DNA of 64,000 nt from Anaerolineae bacterium. Lineage in GTDB: Bacteria > Chloroflexota > Anaerolineae > Aggregatilineales > Phototrophicaceae. The notes below the pieces were generated by a model. That model was given only the letters and a program-made list of their open reading frames with translations. It did not search any database and was not told the origin of the DNA. Made by a program: the position numbers and the translations under genes. The stretch is from the NCBI GenBank assembly GCA_026645945.1, contig JAPKMO010000001.1, positions 7,427-71,426 of the forward strand, read 5' to 3'. Shown piece by piece: positions 36,116-46,442 of the stretch. Each line of letters opens with the position of its first letter. Positions within the stretch are counted from its first letter, which is position 1.

Positions 36116-38146
36116 TTAAGCCTGATCGCCGGACGTATAGCGGTCGAACCACTCGACCATGTGCGTTAACCGGCTGATACGGTGTTCGGGTTCGCCCGAC
36201 CGCGACAACTCATGCCCTTCACGCGGGAAGCGCACCAGTTCAACCGTACCGCCGCTGCGATGCACGTAAGCAAAAAGCTGTTCGCCCTCTGAAATCGGCA
36301 CACGGAAGTCGTTCTCACTGTGTATAAGCAGCAGCGGCGTTTTGATTTTGTGGGCGTGCGCCAGCGGGGACTGCTGCCACAAAAACATCGGGTCGTCCCA
36401 CATTTCCATGCCGTATTCCGTGCCGATGAAGCTGAAAATATCGGTCGTGCCGGTGAAACTGAGCAGGTTATAAACGCCGCGCTGCGCTACCGCCGCCCGG
36501 AAGCGGTCGGTATGGCCGACAATCCAGGCGACCATGTAACCGCCATATGAACCGCCGGTGATCGCCATCCGCGCAGGGTCAACGAAGCCTTTTTGCAGCA
36601 GGGCGTCCACGCCGGCCATCAGGTCTTCGTAGGCCACGTCACCCCAGGCGGCGTGCAGCGCCATTTGGAACGCCTCGCCGTAACCGTCCGCGCCGCGCGG
36701 ATTGGCGTAAAACACAACGTAACCGCGCGCGGCATGGAACTGCCACTCGTGCCACATGGATTTCATACTCGGCCCCCACATGACATGCGGGCCGCCATGA
36801 ATATTAAAGGCCAGCGGGTAGGTTTTACCGGCTTCGTAACCGACCGGCAGCATGTACCAGCCCTGGATTTCGACGCCGGCGGGGGATGTCCAGCGCAGTT
36901 CGTGGGTTTCCTGGACGATCACGCGCTCCAGGAATTTTTGATTAACTGTCGTCAGCGGCGCGAGCGAGGCCGCGCCGGGGGGCTGCCAGTAAAGTTCGGA
37001 TGGATTCGACGGCGTGCTGGCGGCAAAGGCGATACCGCCGTTTGGGCTTATGTCCAGGCTTTCGGCGTGCATATTGCCGGCGATGATTTTTTCAACCACG
37101 CCGTCGGCCAGCGTCAGCCGGTAGATTTCGATATTACCCCGGCTAAGCGCCGTAAAAACCAGGCCGCTGCTGTCCGGCAGCCAGCGGAAATCGGCTGCCG
37201 AACGGTCGAAGGTCAGCGTCAGGTCGCGCGGCTCGCCGCCGTCTGCCGGTAAAATCGCCAGCCGCGTGATCCGTTCGCTGATGCGTTCGCGCGGATAGCG
37301 CACGTAAGCCACCCAGCGGCCATCGGGCGAGGGCAGGGGGGCATGGCTGGCATAATCGTCGCCGGTCAGTTCTTCGTGCGCGCCGTCGCCGACGCGAATG
37401 CGGTACAGGGTACTCCAGCGCCAGGGTTCGCCGCGTGCAGGGTCGTCGGTGCGGGCTGTGTACAGGTACTGGCCGTCCGGCGACCACTGCGGCTGGCTGT
37501 GGTCGGCGTCTATGTCGGTCAGCCGGCGCGGTGTGGCTTCGTCATCATCGGTGGGGATTACGTAAACCTGCGCGAAGCGGTCGTCCAGGTAGGCTGTGCC
37601 GCTGCGGTAGGGAATGCGCCGCACCAGACGCGGGTCCCAACGCCGCGCCTCATCATATTCCTTGCGTTCTTTGCGGTGTTTGCTTTCCATCTTATCGGCG
37701 GGCTGCGGCTCTTCCTCGCCCCGGTCTTCACGTTCCCGCTCGTCGGCGTTGGCGGCGCTCAAAAACGCGATCTGCCCGCCGTCCGGCGACCAGGCCGGGC
37801 TGTGCGCGCCGTTCGGCATATGTGTGAGCGGGCGGGGTTCGCCGCCCGGCTCCACCACCGGCAGCAGGTAAAGCTGCGATTTGTCGTTACGGCCAGAAGT
37901 AAACGCCAGCGTTTTGCCATCAGGACTCCAGCGCGGCTGGGTGTCTTTTCCGCTGCGGGTGAGCTGGATGGGTGTTCCGCCGGCTGTCGAAACCAGCCAG
38001 ATATTACGTTTATAGCCGTTTTCCAGCCGGTCAATCGTGACCTGCACGTAGGCGATCCAGCGTCCGTCGGGGCTGATGCGCGGGTCTTCGACAGTAGTGA
38101 TATGGCAGAGGTCTTCCGCCGTGATGGGGCGTTTGTCCTGAATCAT
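36116..38146 (-). CDS. S9 family peptidase (acylaminoacyl/dipeptidyl peptidase) with beta-propeller
   Basis: Repeated P.WSPDG motifs, IHGGPH, GGSYGG, ENDFRVP, EGHEL. Confidence 0.93.
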   Translation of the reverse strand: MIQDKRPITAEDLCHITTVEDPRISPDGRWIAYVQVTIDRLENGYKRNIWLVSTAGGTPIQLTRSGKDTQPRWSPDGKTLAFTSGRNDKSQLYLLPVVEPGGEPRPLTHMPNGAHSPAWSPDGGQIAFLSAANADEREREDRGEEEPQPADKMESKHRKERKEYDEARRWDPRLVRRIPYRSGTAYLDDRFAQVYVIPTDDDEATPRRLTDIDADHSQPQWSPDGQYLYTARTDDPARGEPWRWSTLYRIRVGDGAHEELTGDDYASHAPLPSPDGRWVAYVRYPRERISERITRLAILPADGGEPRDLTLTFDRSAADFRWLPDSSGLVFTALSRGNIEIYRLTLADGVVEKIIAGNMHAESLDISPNGGIAFAASTPSNPSELYWQPPGAASLAPLTTVNQKFLERVIVQETHELRWTSPAGVEIQGWYMLPVGYEAGKTYPLAFNIHGGPHVMWGPSMKSMWHEWQFHAARGYVVFYANPRGADGYGEAFQMALHAAWGDVAYEDLMAGVDALLQKGFVDPARMAITGGSYGGYMVAWIVGHTDRFRAAVAQRGVYNLLSFTGTTDIFSFIGTEYGMEMWDDPMFLWQQSPLAHAHKIKTPLLLIHSENDFRVPISEGEQLFAYVHRSGGTVELVRFPREGHELSRSGEPEHRISRLTHMVEWFDRYTSGDQA

Positions 38147-38217
38147 GACGATCCTTTATGATGAGTTCAGTTGTGTGAAAAAAAGTGTAAGCGATTATAA
38201 CGCAGATTGCCGGGCGG

Positions 38218-38249
38218 CGTGAACCTTTTATCCCCGGCCTCGTAACAGG
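38218..38249 (+). promoter_or_regulatory. ECF-type promoter upstream of the sigma gene
   Basis: CGTGAACC-N13-CTCGTAACAGG (AAC-N16-CGT); near-identical copy at 42336-42368. Confidence 0.7.
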
Positions 38250-38282
38250 GATTGTGCGAGGGAAACAGCCGGAGTAGCGGGC

Positions 38283-38822
38283 TTGCAGCGGGACGAAGAC
38301 CTGGCTAGAGGTTTGCAGCAGGGCCACCGAGGCGACCTGGTTGAACTGGTCGAGCGGCATCACAGCCCGCTGCTGGGATATTTATACCGAATGACGGGCG
38401 GCGACCGCTCGCTGGCGGAAGACCTGGCGCAGGAAACTTTCGTGCGAGTGCTGCGCGGCATTGCCAGCTACCGGTATCCGCGCCCGTTTAAACCCTGGCT
38501 GTACAGCATTGCCACCAACCTGGCGCGGGATTATTACAAACAGGCCGACCAGCGCCATACCGTCTCGATGCCGGAAGACCCGCCGCCGGAGGAAAGCGCC
38601 GCGCCGGAGGAACGTCTGATTGATGACATGCAGGCGCAGCAGATCGCCCTGGCGCTGATGAACCTGCCGGCGCACCAGCGGGAAGCGGTTATCCTGCGTT
38701 ATTACCAGGAACTCTCGCTGGCGGAGATCGCCGAGGTGCTGGCGATTCCAGTGGGGACGGTGAAATCTCGCCTGAGCCTGGGGATAAGCCGGCTGCGGGA
38801 ACTGGTATTGGAGCGAGAATGA
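38283..38822 (+). CDS. ECF sigma-70 factor
   Basis: AEDLAQETF, FKPWLYSIATN, region 4 LSLAEIAEVLAIPVGTVKSRL; TTG start. Confidence 0.93.
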   Translation: MQRDEDLARGLQQGHRGDLVELVERHHSPLLGYLYRMTGGDRSLAEDLAQETFVRVLRGIASYRYPRPFKPWLYSIATNLARDYYKQADQRHTVSMPEDPPPEESAAPEERLIDDMQAQQIALALMNLPAHQREAVILRYYQELSLAEIAEVLAIPVGTVKSRLSLGISRLRELVLERE

Positions 38823-39685
38823 TGGCCGACGAGCGAAACATCTACAGAGAAGACGACGAACAACGCCGTCTGCGGGCGCTGCTGGCCGAGGATGCCGAGA
38901 CGCCGGAAGAAACCGAGGCGCTGCTGGAGACGGTTCGTTTTATCCGGCGGTGGGACGCGCCGTCGCCGACGTGGAAGGAAACCGCGCGGCTGGTCGAAAA
39001 GCTGCTGCCGGAAGTGCCGCAGCCGGAGCGCCGGCATCCTGGGCAGTGGTGGCCGCTGCTGATTTTGCGTGCCGAAGCGCGAATCATCCGCCGTGAAATC
39101 TGGCTGGCCTCGGCGCTGGTGATGGCGCTGGGCGTGGTGGTGACGCTGGGCATCAGCAGCACAGGCGCCGCCGCACCGCTGACTATCCTCGCGCCGGTTG
39201 TGGCGGCAGTCGGCATGGCGCTGCTTTACGACTCCGATATGGAGCAGGTGTTGGAACTGGCGGACTCGACGCCGGTTTCGGCGCGTTTGCTGCTGCTGGC
39301 ACGGCTGACCCTGGTATTTGGCTTTAATCTGGCGCTTGGCCTGGCGGGAAGTGTCGTGTTGGCGCTGCTGCGCGCCGATGTGCTGCTGTGGCCGCTGGTG
39401 ATGTCCTGGCTGGCGCCGATGGCCTTCCTGTCGGCGCTGGCGTTCATGCTCAGTGTGGTGACAGGGGATGCCGTCGCCGGGGCGGTCTTCAGCCTGACGA
39501 TCTGGGGGATGCACGTTTTCGTGCGCGCCATGCCCGCGTCGGGTGATCTGACCTGGATTTTGTCGCTGCCTGGCCTGGCCGACCCGGCCACACGACCGTT
39601 CCTGTTTGCGGCGGCGCTGCTGCTGGTGATGGCCGCCCTGTGGTTGGCCGGTGATACCGAACGGAGAATTGGAGAGACATGGTGA
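38819..39685 (+). CDS. Putative anti-sigma factor / ABC-2-like membrane protein
   Basis: About 75-aa charged N-terminal domain then about 6 TM segments with LELADSTPVSARLLLLARL; overlaps the sigma stop codon. Confidence 0.65.
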   Translation: MMADERNIYREDDEQRRLRALLAEDAETPEETEALLETVRFIRRWDAPSPTWKETARLVEKLLPEVPQPERRHPGQWWPLLILRAEARIIRREIWLASALVMALGVVVTLGISSTGAAAPLTILAPVVAAVGMALLYDSDMEQVLELADSTPVSARLLLLARLTLVFGFNLALGLAGSVVLALLRADVLLWPLVMSWLAPMAFLSALAFMLSVVTGDAVAGAVFSLTIWGMHVFVRAMPASGDLTWILSLPGLADPATRPFLFAAALLLVMAALWLAGDTERRIGETW

Positions 39686-40656
39686 GTGGTAAAGCTGAGG
39701 ACTTCAAAACAGCCAATCTGCGTTTTTCGCTGCCGGTCGGCGCGCTCAGGAGCGCGGCGCTGTACCTGGCCGTCCTCGCCGGGTTGATCTTCCTCATCAG
39801 CCGCGTCCCGCGCGACTTCAGCATGACGCTGGATGAGACTCGTCCGCTGGCGCAGGGGGCGGCGGTGGCGCTGGGCGGGCTGGCAGCCTGGGGTCTGATC
39901 GGCGCGGGACGCGCGGTGCTGCGCCGCCCGCGACAGATCGCCTGGCGGGTGAGCCTGCGTCTGGTGGGGTGGATTGGTCTGGTCGCCAGCGCCGCCGGGG
40001 TGCTGGTGCTGGTTTCCGGCGATAACACCCCGCCGACGGGGATGCCGGTGGCCGGCCCGCTGCGCGCCGTTGAAGCGGTTATCCCGCTGGTACTGGCGGT
40101 GCAGGCCGCGCTGATTTTTTCGCCGGACGACGAACCGGCGCTGGAAGTGATGCTGGCCTGCCCGCGCCCGATTTCGTGGCTGCTGCTGGAAAGGCTGATG
40201 GTGCTGTTCCTGGCGCAGGCGGGCGTGGCGCTGGCCGGGGTGGTAATGAGCCGGGTGCTCCAGCCGGAACTGGATGTGCCGCTGGCGCTGGCGCGCTGGC
40301 TGCCGCCGGCATTTTTCCTGGCTGGTGTGGGGGTTTACGTCACGCTGCGCTCGCGGGTGGCGGCCTTCGGCGCGGCGGTGGCCGGCGTGGTGTGGTTTGT
40401 GTTTGCGCTTTTCGGGCGCGGGTTGATGCCGGGCGTGCCGACCTTCTGGCCGCTGACGCTGCTTCAGCCGTTCATCTGGGCATTCAACCCGTATTTGCAG
40501 CCGGAGGACGTGCTAACAGCGGATTATAACCTCAACCGGGTGATCGTTCTTTCCTTCGGGGTGCTGCTGTTGATGGGCGCCGTTCGCTATCTGCGTGATG
40601 AGGAGCGCGTGCTGGGTGGGGCGCGCCCGGCCAAAACCGGCGAGAAATTTTCATAG
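39679..40656 (+). CDS. ABC-2-like membrane protein
   Basis: Multi-TM; DDEPALEVMLACPRPISWLLLERL motif typical of ABC-2 type permeases. Confidence 0.65.
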   Translation: MVSGKAEDFKTANLRFSLPVGALRSAALYLAVLAGLIFLISRVPRDFSMTLDETRPLAQGAAVALGGLAAWGLIGAGRAVLRRPRQIAWRVSLRLVGWIGLVASAAGVLVLVSGDNTPPTGMPVAGPLRAVEAVIPLVLAVQAALIFSPDDEPALEVMLACPRPISWLLLERLMVLFLAQAGVALAGVVMSRVLQPELDVPLALARWLPPAFFLAGVGVYVTLRSRVAAFGAAVAGVVWFVFALFGRGLMPGVPTFWPLTLLQPFIWAFNPYLQPEDVLTADYNLNRVIVLSFGVLLLMGAVRYLRDEERVLGGARPAKTGEKFS

Positions 40657-40685
40657 GCCAGCAGGCAAAAGGGGAGGATTTTAAG

Positions 40686-41525
40686 ATGATCGCCTGGGCG
40701 CAGCTTCGCGCAATCGCAGGTTACGAGTTTCGGATGCACTGGCGGCGGCGGGCGCTGCTGGTGATGATATTGGCCTTCGTCGTGCTGACGGGCGCGAGCA
40801 TCCTGATCGCGGGGGGCAGCCTGTTAAAGCCGGAAAACCTGGACGAAACCCGCTATCAGCAGGTTGTTTCCGCCTATGCCATCTTCACGGCCTGGATGCC
40901 GCTGGGGGTTGGTCTGGCGTTGATCCTGCCGGTGATGGTGGCGGATACCATCCCGCTTGACCGGCAGTACGGCGTGCGCGATCTGCTGGACAGCCTGCCG
41001 GTGTCCAGGGCGGTTTACCTGGGTGGCAAATTGGCGGGCATGTGGGCAGCGGTGCTGATCGGCCTGGGTATGTCCCTGGCCTTTGTGGCCCTGGCCTGGA
41101 CGCTGCGCGTCGGCGTGTTTGACCTGGGCAGTTATGTGGAGATGGCGCTTGTTGGCGCGGCGGCGGTCGCCATCCTGAACGGCGGCCTGGGCGTGCTGCT
41201 GGCGGTCGGGCAGCCCACCCGCCGCCGGGCCATCCTGGTCGTCATCGGCGCGCTGGCGCTGTTCATTTTTGTGCTGCCGGCGATCACCAATAACTGGGAT
41301 TTACGCCTCAGTTTTAACGGCCAGATTCTTAACCCGCTGCGAATGCCCATCATCAACCGCTATCTGTTTAACGTGCAGGCCGAGGCCGGCCTGAGCATCG
41401 AAAGCGCCGCGCTGATGGTTCCGCCGGAGATGGTGCGCGATACCATCCTGGCCGGCCTGGCAGAATTAGCGGCGGTCTGGGCGCTGGCCTGGGGCTGGCT
41501 GCGCTGGCGGGACGTTGGGCGATGA
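40686..41525 (+). CDS. ABC-2 family permease
   Basis: DRQYGVRDLLDSLPVSRAVYLGGK; about 6 TM. Confidence 0.8.
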   Translation: MIAWAQLRAIAGYEFRMHWRRRALLVMILAFVVLTGASILIAGGSLLKPENLDETRYQQVVSAYAIFTAWMPLGVGLALILPVMVADTIPLDRQYGVRDLLDSLPVSRAVYLGGKLAGMWAAVLIGLGMSLAFVALAWTLRVGVFDLGSYVEMALVGAAAVAILNGGLGVLLAVGQPTRRRAILVVIGALALFIFVLPAITNNWDLRLSFNGQILNPLRMPIINRYLFNVQAEAGLSIESAALMVPPEMVRDTILAGLAELAAVWALAWGWLRWRDVGR

Positions 41526-42340
41526 ATACCCGGTGGCTGGTTCAACTGGCCGGTGTGACGCGCTACGAGTTTTTTCTGGTGTGGCGCGGAAAGACCATGT
41601 TGGTGATGGTCGTTATGCTGCTGGTTATGGGTGCGATATTTTGGGGAATCATGAATGAAGGCGTGCAGTACGCCCGGATGACCGTCGGCGTCGAGGTGTT
41701 TCCCCTGGAGATAAAAGCGGACATGAGTCGCACACTTGCCTCGATGATCTGGGGGCCGCTGTGTATTGCGCTGGTTGGTGTGCTGCCAGTGCTGGCTTCC
41801 GACATGATCCCGAAAGATCGTCAGAGCGGCGTCTATCCCCTGCTGGAAAGCACGCCGCTGCCGACCGGCGTTTACCTGCTGGGCAAGCTGTTCGGCCTGT
41901 GGTTAAGCGTACTTTCCGGGCTGCTGGTCGTCATGGTGGGCGTGGGCATCATCTTCTGGCGGCTGCTGGATGGATTCGACCTACGCCCGTATCTGGAAAT
42001 CTGGGGCATCGGCGCGGTTTCGCTGCTGATCTTAAACGGCGGTCTGGCGGTGCTGCTGCCCTGCGGCTTGTCCAACCGGCGCGCCGCGCTCATTCTGATG
42101 GCGGCTGTCATGGGCGGCGCGCTCTTTCTGGGCGGGGAGGGCGTGTGGGGCTATCTGAATCCGATACGCGCCCCCATTGTGATGCACTATTTCACCGGCT
42201 TCATACCTGGGCGACCGGAGTTAATTTCGCATTTCACCGGGCGCGACGTATTTTTGAGCGCGGCGGCAGGTGCGGCAGAACTGGCCGTATTTGGGGCGCT
42301 GGCCTGGGGCTGGCTGCGCTGGGGCTTTGAGCGCACGTGA
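41522..42340 (+). CDS. ABC-2 family permease (paralog of the previous gene)
   Basis: DRQSGVYPLLESTPLPTGVYLLGK; shares a C-terminal ELA.xxALAWGWLRW motif with the previous gene. Confidence 0.8.
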   Translation: MNTRWLVQLAGVTRYEFFLVWRGKTMLVMVVMLLVMGAIFWGIMNEGVQYARMTVGVEVFPLEIKADMSRTLASMIWGPLCIALVGVLPVLASDMIPKDRQSGVYPLLESTPLPTGVYLLGKLFGLWLSVLSGLLVVMVGVGIIFWRLLDGFDLRPYLEIWGIGAVSLLILNGGLAVLLPCGLSNRRAALILMAAVMGGALFLGGEGVWGYLNPIRAPIVMHYFTGFIPGRPELISHFTGRDVFLSAAAGAAELAVFGALAWGWLRWGFERT

Positions 42341-42368
42341 ACCCAAACGCGCGGCTTCTCGTAACAGG
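42336..42368 (+). promoter_or_regulatory. Second, operon-internal ECF-type promoter
   Basis: CGTGAACC-N14-CTCGTAACAGG, 21 nt upstream of the ABC ATPase ATG. Confidence 0.7.
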
Positions 42369-42389
42369 CGGCAGAACAGGAGAAACAAA

Positions 42390-43271
42390 ATGATCGAAAT
42401 CACGAATCTGACGAAAACCTATGCGGGCAAAGTCCATGCCCTTAACGGCATCGAACTGGAAATCGGCAGCGGCATGTTCGGGCTGGTCGGCCCCAACGGG
42501 GCAGGCAAAACCACGCTCATGCGTATCATCGCCGGGCTGCTGCGTCCAACCGCCGGCAGCGTGCGCGTGTTCGGCCATGATCTGGCGTCACAGCGAGGCC
42601 GGCAGGAAGCGAAAGCCCTGCTGGGTTATCTGCCGCAGGAATTGGGGTTTTACCCGAATCTGAGCGGGCGGGAATTTCTGGATTATATGGCAATCCTCAA
42701 GGGAGTGACGGACAGCCGGGAGCGAAAGCAGCAGATCGGCGAGCTGGTCGAACTGGTGCGGCTGACCGAGGTGGCTGACCGGCGTTTAAAAACCTATTCC
42801 GGCGGCATGAAGCGACGTATCGGCATCGCCCAGGCGCTGCTGGGTAAGCCGAAGCTGCTGATTGTGGACGAGCCGACGGTCGGGCTTGACCCGGAGGAGC
42901 GCGTACGCTTTCGCAATCTGCTGTCGGAGATGGCCGGGCGCTGCACCGTCATCCTATCCACGCATATCGTGGAGGACATCAGCCACAGCTGCTCCGATCT
43001 GGCGGTGATGGACAAGGGGCGAGTGGTGTTCCGGGGAGCGCCGGGCGACCTGATTACACAGGCGCGCGGCCACGTGTGGACGATCACCACCAAGGGGGAG
43101 CAGCCCAACGGCAGCCTGGCGGTGGTGTCCACGCTGCAACTGCACGATGGGGTATCGTACCGCGTCCTCGGCCAGCCGGGCGCCCTGTACCCATCGGCGC
43201 AGGCGGTCGAGCCGAGTCTGGAGGACGGTTACATCTGGCTGATGCGCCGGAGCGCGGGTGTAATGGCCTGA
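42390..43271 (+). CDS. ABC transporter ATP-binding protein
   Basis: GPNGAGKT, YSGGMKRR, IVDEPT, STH; start ATG 42390 after an AGGAG RBS. Confidence 0.93.
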   Translation: MIEITNLTKTYAGKVHALNGIELEIGSGMFGLVGPNGAGKTTLMRIIAGLLRPTAGSVRVFGHDLASQRGRQEAKALLGYLPQELGFYPNLSGREFLDYMAILKGVTDSRERKQQIGELVELVRLTEVADRRLKTYSGGMKRRIGIAQALLGKPKLLIVDEPTVGLDPEERVRFRNLLSEMAGRCTVILSTHIVEDISHSCSDLAVMDKGRVVFRGAPGDLITQARGHVWTITTKGEQPNGSLAVVSTLQLHDGVSYRVLGQPGALYPSAQAVEPSLEDGYIWLMRRSAGVMA

Positions 43272-43344
43272 TGGCTGGCGCGCGCTGCCGATTCCGGCGC
43301 TATAATCGCGCTTTGGATTCGGCATGTGCGAAAGAGGGTAGAAA

Positions 43345-44550
43345 ATGACCGTCTCGAAAGCGCAGTTGAAAATCAGCGATTCCGAACACCTGAGGCGCTG
43401 CGAGCGCCTGCTGGAATATGTCCAGGCGGAAAAACTGGCCGGGGTTGTCCTGTTCGACAGCGACTATATCCTGTACTACACGGGCTTTGCCTTCATCCCG
43501 ACCGAGCGCCCGATGGCGTTTTTGATGAATGCCCAGGGGCGGCGCGCGCTGTTTGTCCCCCGGTTGGAGGTGGAACACGCGCGGGCTAACGCGCTAGTGG
43601 ATGACGTGGCGTTTTACCTGGAATATCCGGGCGACCCCCACCCGATGGCTGTTCTGGCCGAAGCGTTGGACGGTCTGGGGATGAAAACCGGCAGCCTGGG
43701 CGCGGACGGCGACGGGTATCCTTGGATTCTGGGTTATCGCGGGCCGCGCCTGTCGGAGGCTGGCGCGGCGGCGGTTGTCCCCATCCGGGCGTTTATCGAA
43801 GACCAGATGGCGATCAAATCCCCGGCAGAACTGGCGCTGCTGCGCGAAAGCTGCCGCTGGGCGAACCTGGCGCATACGCTGTTACAGCGGTATACGAAGC
43901 CCGGCAAAACCGAAACGGAAGTCAGCCAGCAGGCCAGCGCCGAAGCGACCCGCGCTATGCTGGACGCTATCGGACCGATTTACCGGGGGCAGAATGCCTT
44001 TGCCGAGGGCGCGATAGCCGGTTATCGCGGGCAGATCGGGCGCAACGCGGCGATTCCGCACGCGCTGGCGAATAATATCGTCTTTCAGGCCGGCGACGTG
44101 CTGGTGACGGGCGCGACCGCGCCGGTGTGGGGATATGTTTCGGAACTGGAACGCACGATGATAATCGGCCAGCCGACCGGCGAGCAGCGTCGTTTTTTTG
44201 AGCATATGGTCGCGCTTCAGGATACGGCGATGGCGGCGATGGAGCCGGGAAAACCCTGCGCCGAGGTAGACCGCGCCGTGCGCGCCTACTATGAAAAACA
44301 CGACCTGATGCCATACTGGAAACACCACGTCGGCCATGCCATCGGCCTGCGCTACCACGAAGGGCCGTTCCTTGACCGGGGGGACAACACCACGATGGAA
44401 CCCGGCATGGTTTTTACGGTCGAGCCGGGTTTATACGTACCCCAACTGGGTGGCTTCCGCCACTCGGACACTGTTGTGATTACCGGGGATGGGGTTGAGA
44501 TGCTGACCTACTACCCACGTGACCTGGAAAGCCTGGTTATCCCGGCATGA
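43345..44550 (+). CDS. M24 family Xaa-Pro peptidase
   Basis: Creatinase-like N-domain; HHVGHAIGL.YHEGP, TVEPGLY, FRHSDTV. Confidence 0.9.
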   Translation: MTVSKAQLKISDSEHLRRCERLLEYVQAEKLAGVVLFDSDYILYYTGFAFIPTERPMAFLMNAQGRRALFVPRLEVEHARANALVDDVAFYLEYPGDPHPMAVLAEALDGLGMKTGSLGADGDGYPWILGYRGPRLSEAGAAAVVPIRAFIEDQMAIKSPAELALLRESCRWANLAHTLLQRYTKPGKTETEVSQQASAEATRAMLDAIGPIYRGQNAFAEGAIAGYRGQIGRNAAIPHALANNIVFQAGDVLVTGATAPVWGYVSELERTMIIGQPTGEQRRFFEHMVALQDTAMAAMEPGKPCAEVDRAVRAYYEKHDLMPYWKHHVGHAIGLRYHEGPFLDRGDNTTMEPGMVFTVEPGLYVPQLGGFRHSDTVVITGDGVEMLTYYPRDLESLVIPA

Positions 44551-44603
44551 AGGGGTATTTTAAGGGAAGGGCGCGGCGGCCTGCCCGCGCCCTGATGCGC
44601 TGT

Positions 44604-45032
44604 TTATGGCTGCGAGGACTTTTCCCGGAGCAGTTCGAGGTAGCTGCCCAGGATATCGCTCACCGTGATGATGCCGACCAGCTTGCCCTGGCTGACGACA
44701 GGCAGACCGCCAAACTTGTAGGTGCGTAAAAGCTGCGCGGCCTGTTCGGCGGAGGCGGAAGCGTCAATCGTCATCGGGTCGCGCGTCATGCAGGCTTCGG
44801 CGATGACGTTTTGCAGCAGCTCCCGATTCTGGCGGCGCTCGTGCAGGACAAACGGCGAGTTCATCGCCAGCCGCACGTCGCGGTCGGTGATGATGCCGAT
44901 AACCCTGCCGTCTTCAACGACCGGGACCTGGCGGCAGGCGCGTTCTTTCATCAGGCCGATGACCTTGGCCAGCGGCGTCTGCCGTTCAACGGTGATCGGG
45001 TTGGGGGTCATAATATCTGCAACAGTCAGCAT
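44604..45032 (-). CDS. CBS domain-containing protein
   Basis: Two CBS repeats (IGIITDRD, LVGIITVSD). Confidence 0.9.
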   Translation of the reverse strand: MLTVADIMTPNPITVERQTPLAKVIGLMKERACRQVPVVEDGRVIGIITDRDVRLAMNSPFVLHERRQNRELLQNVIAEACMTRDPMTIDASASAEQAAQLLRTYKFGGLPVVSQGKLVGIITVSDILGSYLELLREKSSQP

Positions 45033-45077
45033 GGTTCACCACTTTTCAAAAGAGGCGGCGTAAAAGCCATTTACTTT

Positions 45078-45632
45078 CTATGCAGATTTTACCATGCTGC
45101 GGGCGAATTCCGCCCCTTTTTCCAGCGCCTTATAGTTCGCTTCTAAAAGATGGCGGCGGCGTTCGGGTAGATGCGCTTCGAGCGCACGGCGGATGGCCGC
45201 CGGCGGCAGAGCCGGGAGGACCTCCAGCACTGCACCGAGCATCACCACGTTTGCCATCCGCAGGTCGCCCAGGCTGTCGGCAAGCTGAGTGGCCGGGACG
45301 GGCAGCACAGAAATATCGGTGCGGCGGCTTTCCTGGTTTATCAGCGACGAGTTAACGGCCAGCAGGCCGCCGGGCGCGACTTCGCCTTCGTATTTGGTGA
45401 AGGAAGGGTTGTTAAAAACAACTACCGCCTGAGGATGGCGCGTGACAGGCGAGCCGATGGGTTTGTTGCTGATAACGACAAAACAATGCGCTGTGCCGCC
45501 GCGCATTTCCGGCCCATAAGATGGAATCCAGGTTACTTCCAGACCTTCGTCCATAGCCGCGTAAGCCAGAAGCTGGCCGGCGAACATCACCCCCTGGCCG
45601 CCAAAACCGGAAAAGAGAAATTCTTTCTGCAT
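45078..45632 (-). CDS. 2-oxoacid:ferredoxin oxidoreductase gamma subunit
   Basis: SGFGGQG, PSYGPEMRGG, NVVMLGA. Confidence 0.92.
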   Translation of the reverse strand: MQKEFLFSGFGGQGVMFAGQLLAYAAMDEGLEVTWIPSYGPEMRGGTAHCFVVISNKPIGSPVTRHPQAVVVFNNPSFTKYEGEVAPGGLLAVNSSLINQESRRTDISVLPVPATQLADSLGDLRMANVVMLGAVLEVLPALPPAAIRRALEAHLPERRRHLLEANYKALEKGAEFARSMVKSA

Positions 45633-45641
45633 CGTCGCCTC

Positions 45642-46421
<780 letters not shown>

Positions 46422-46442
46422 TCCTATTCCTCCTCTAAACCG

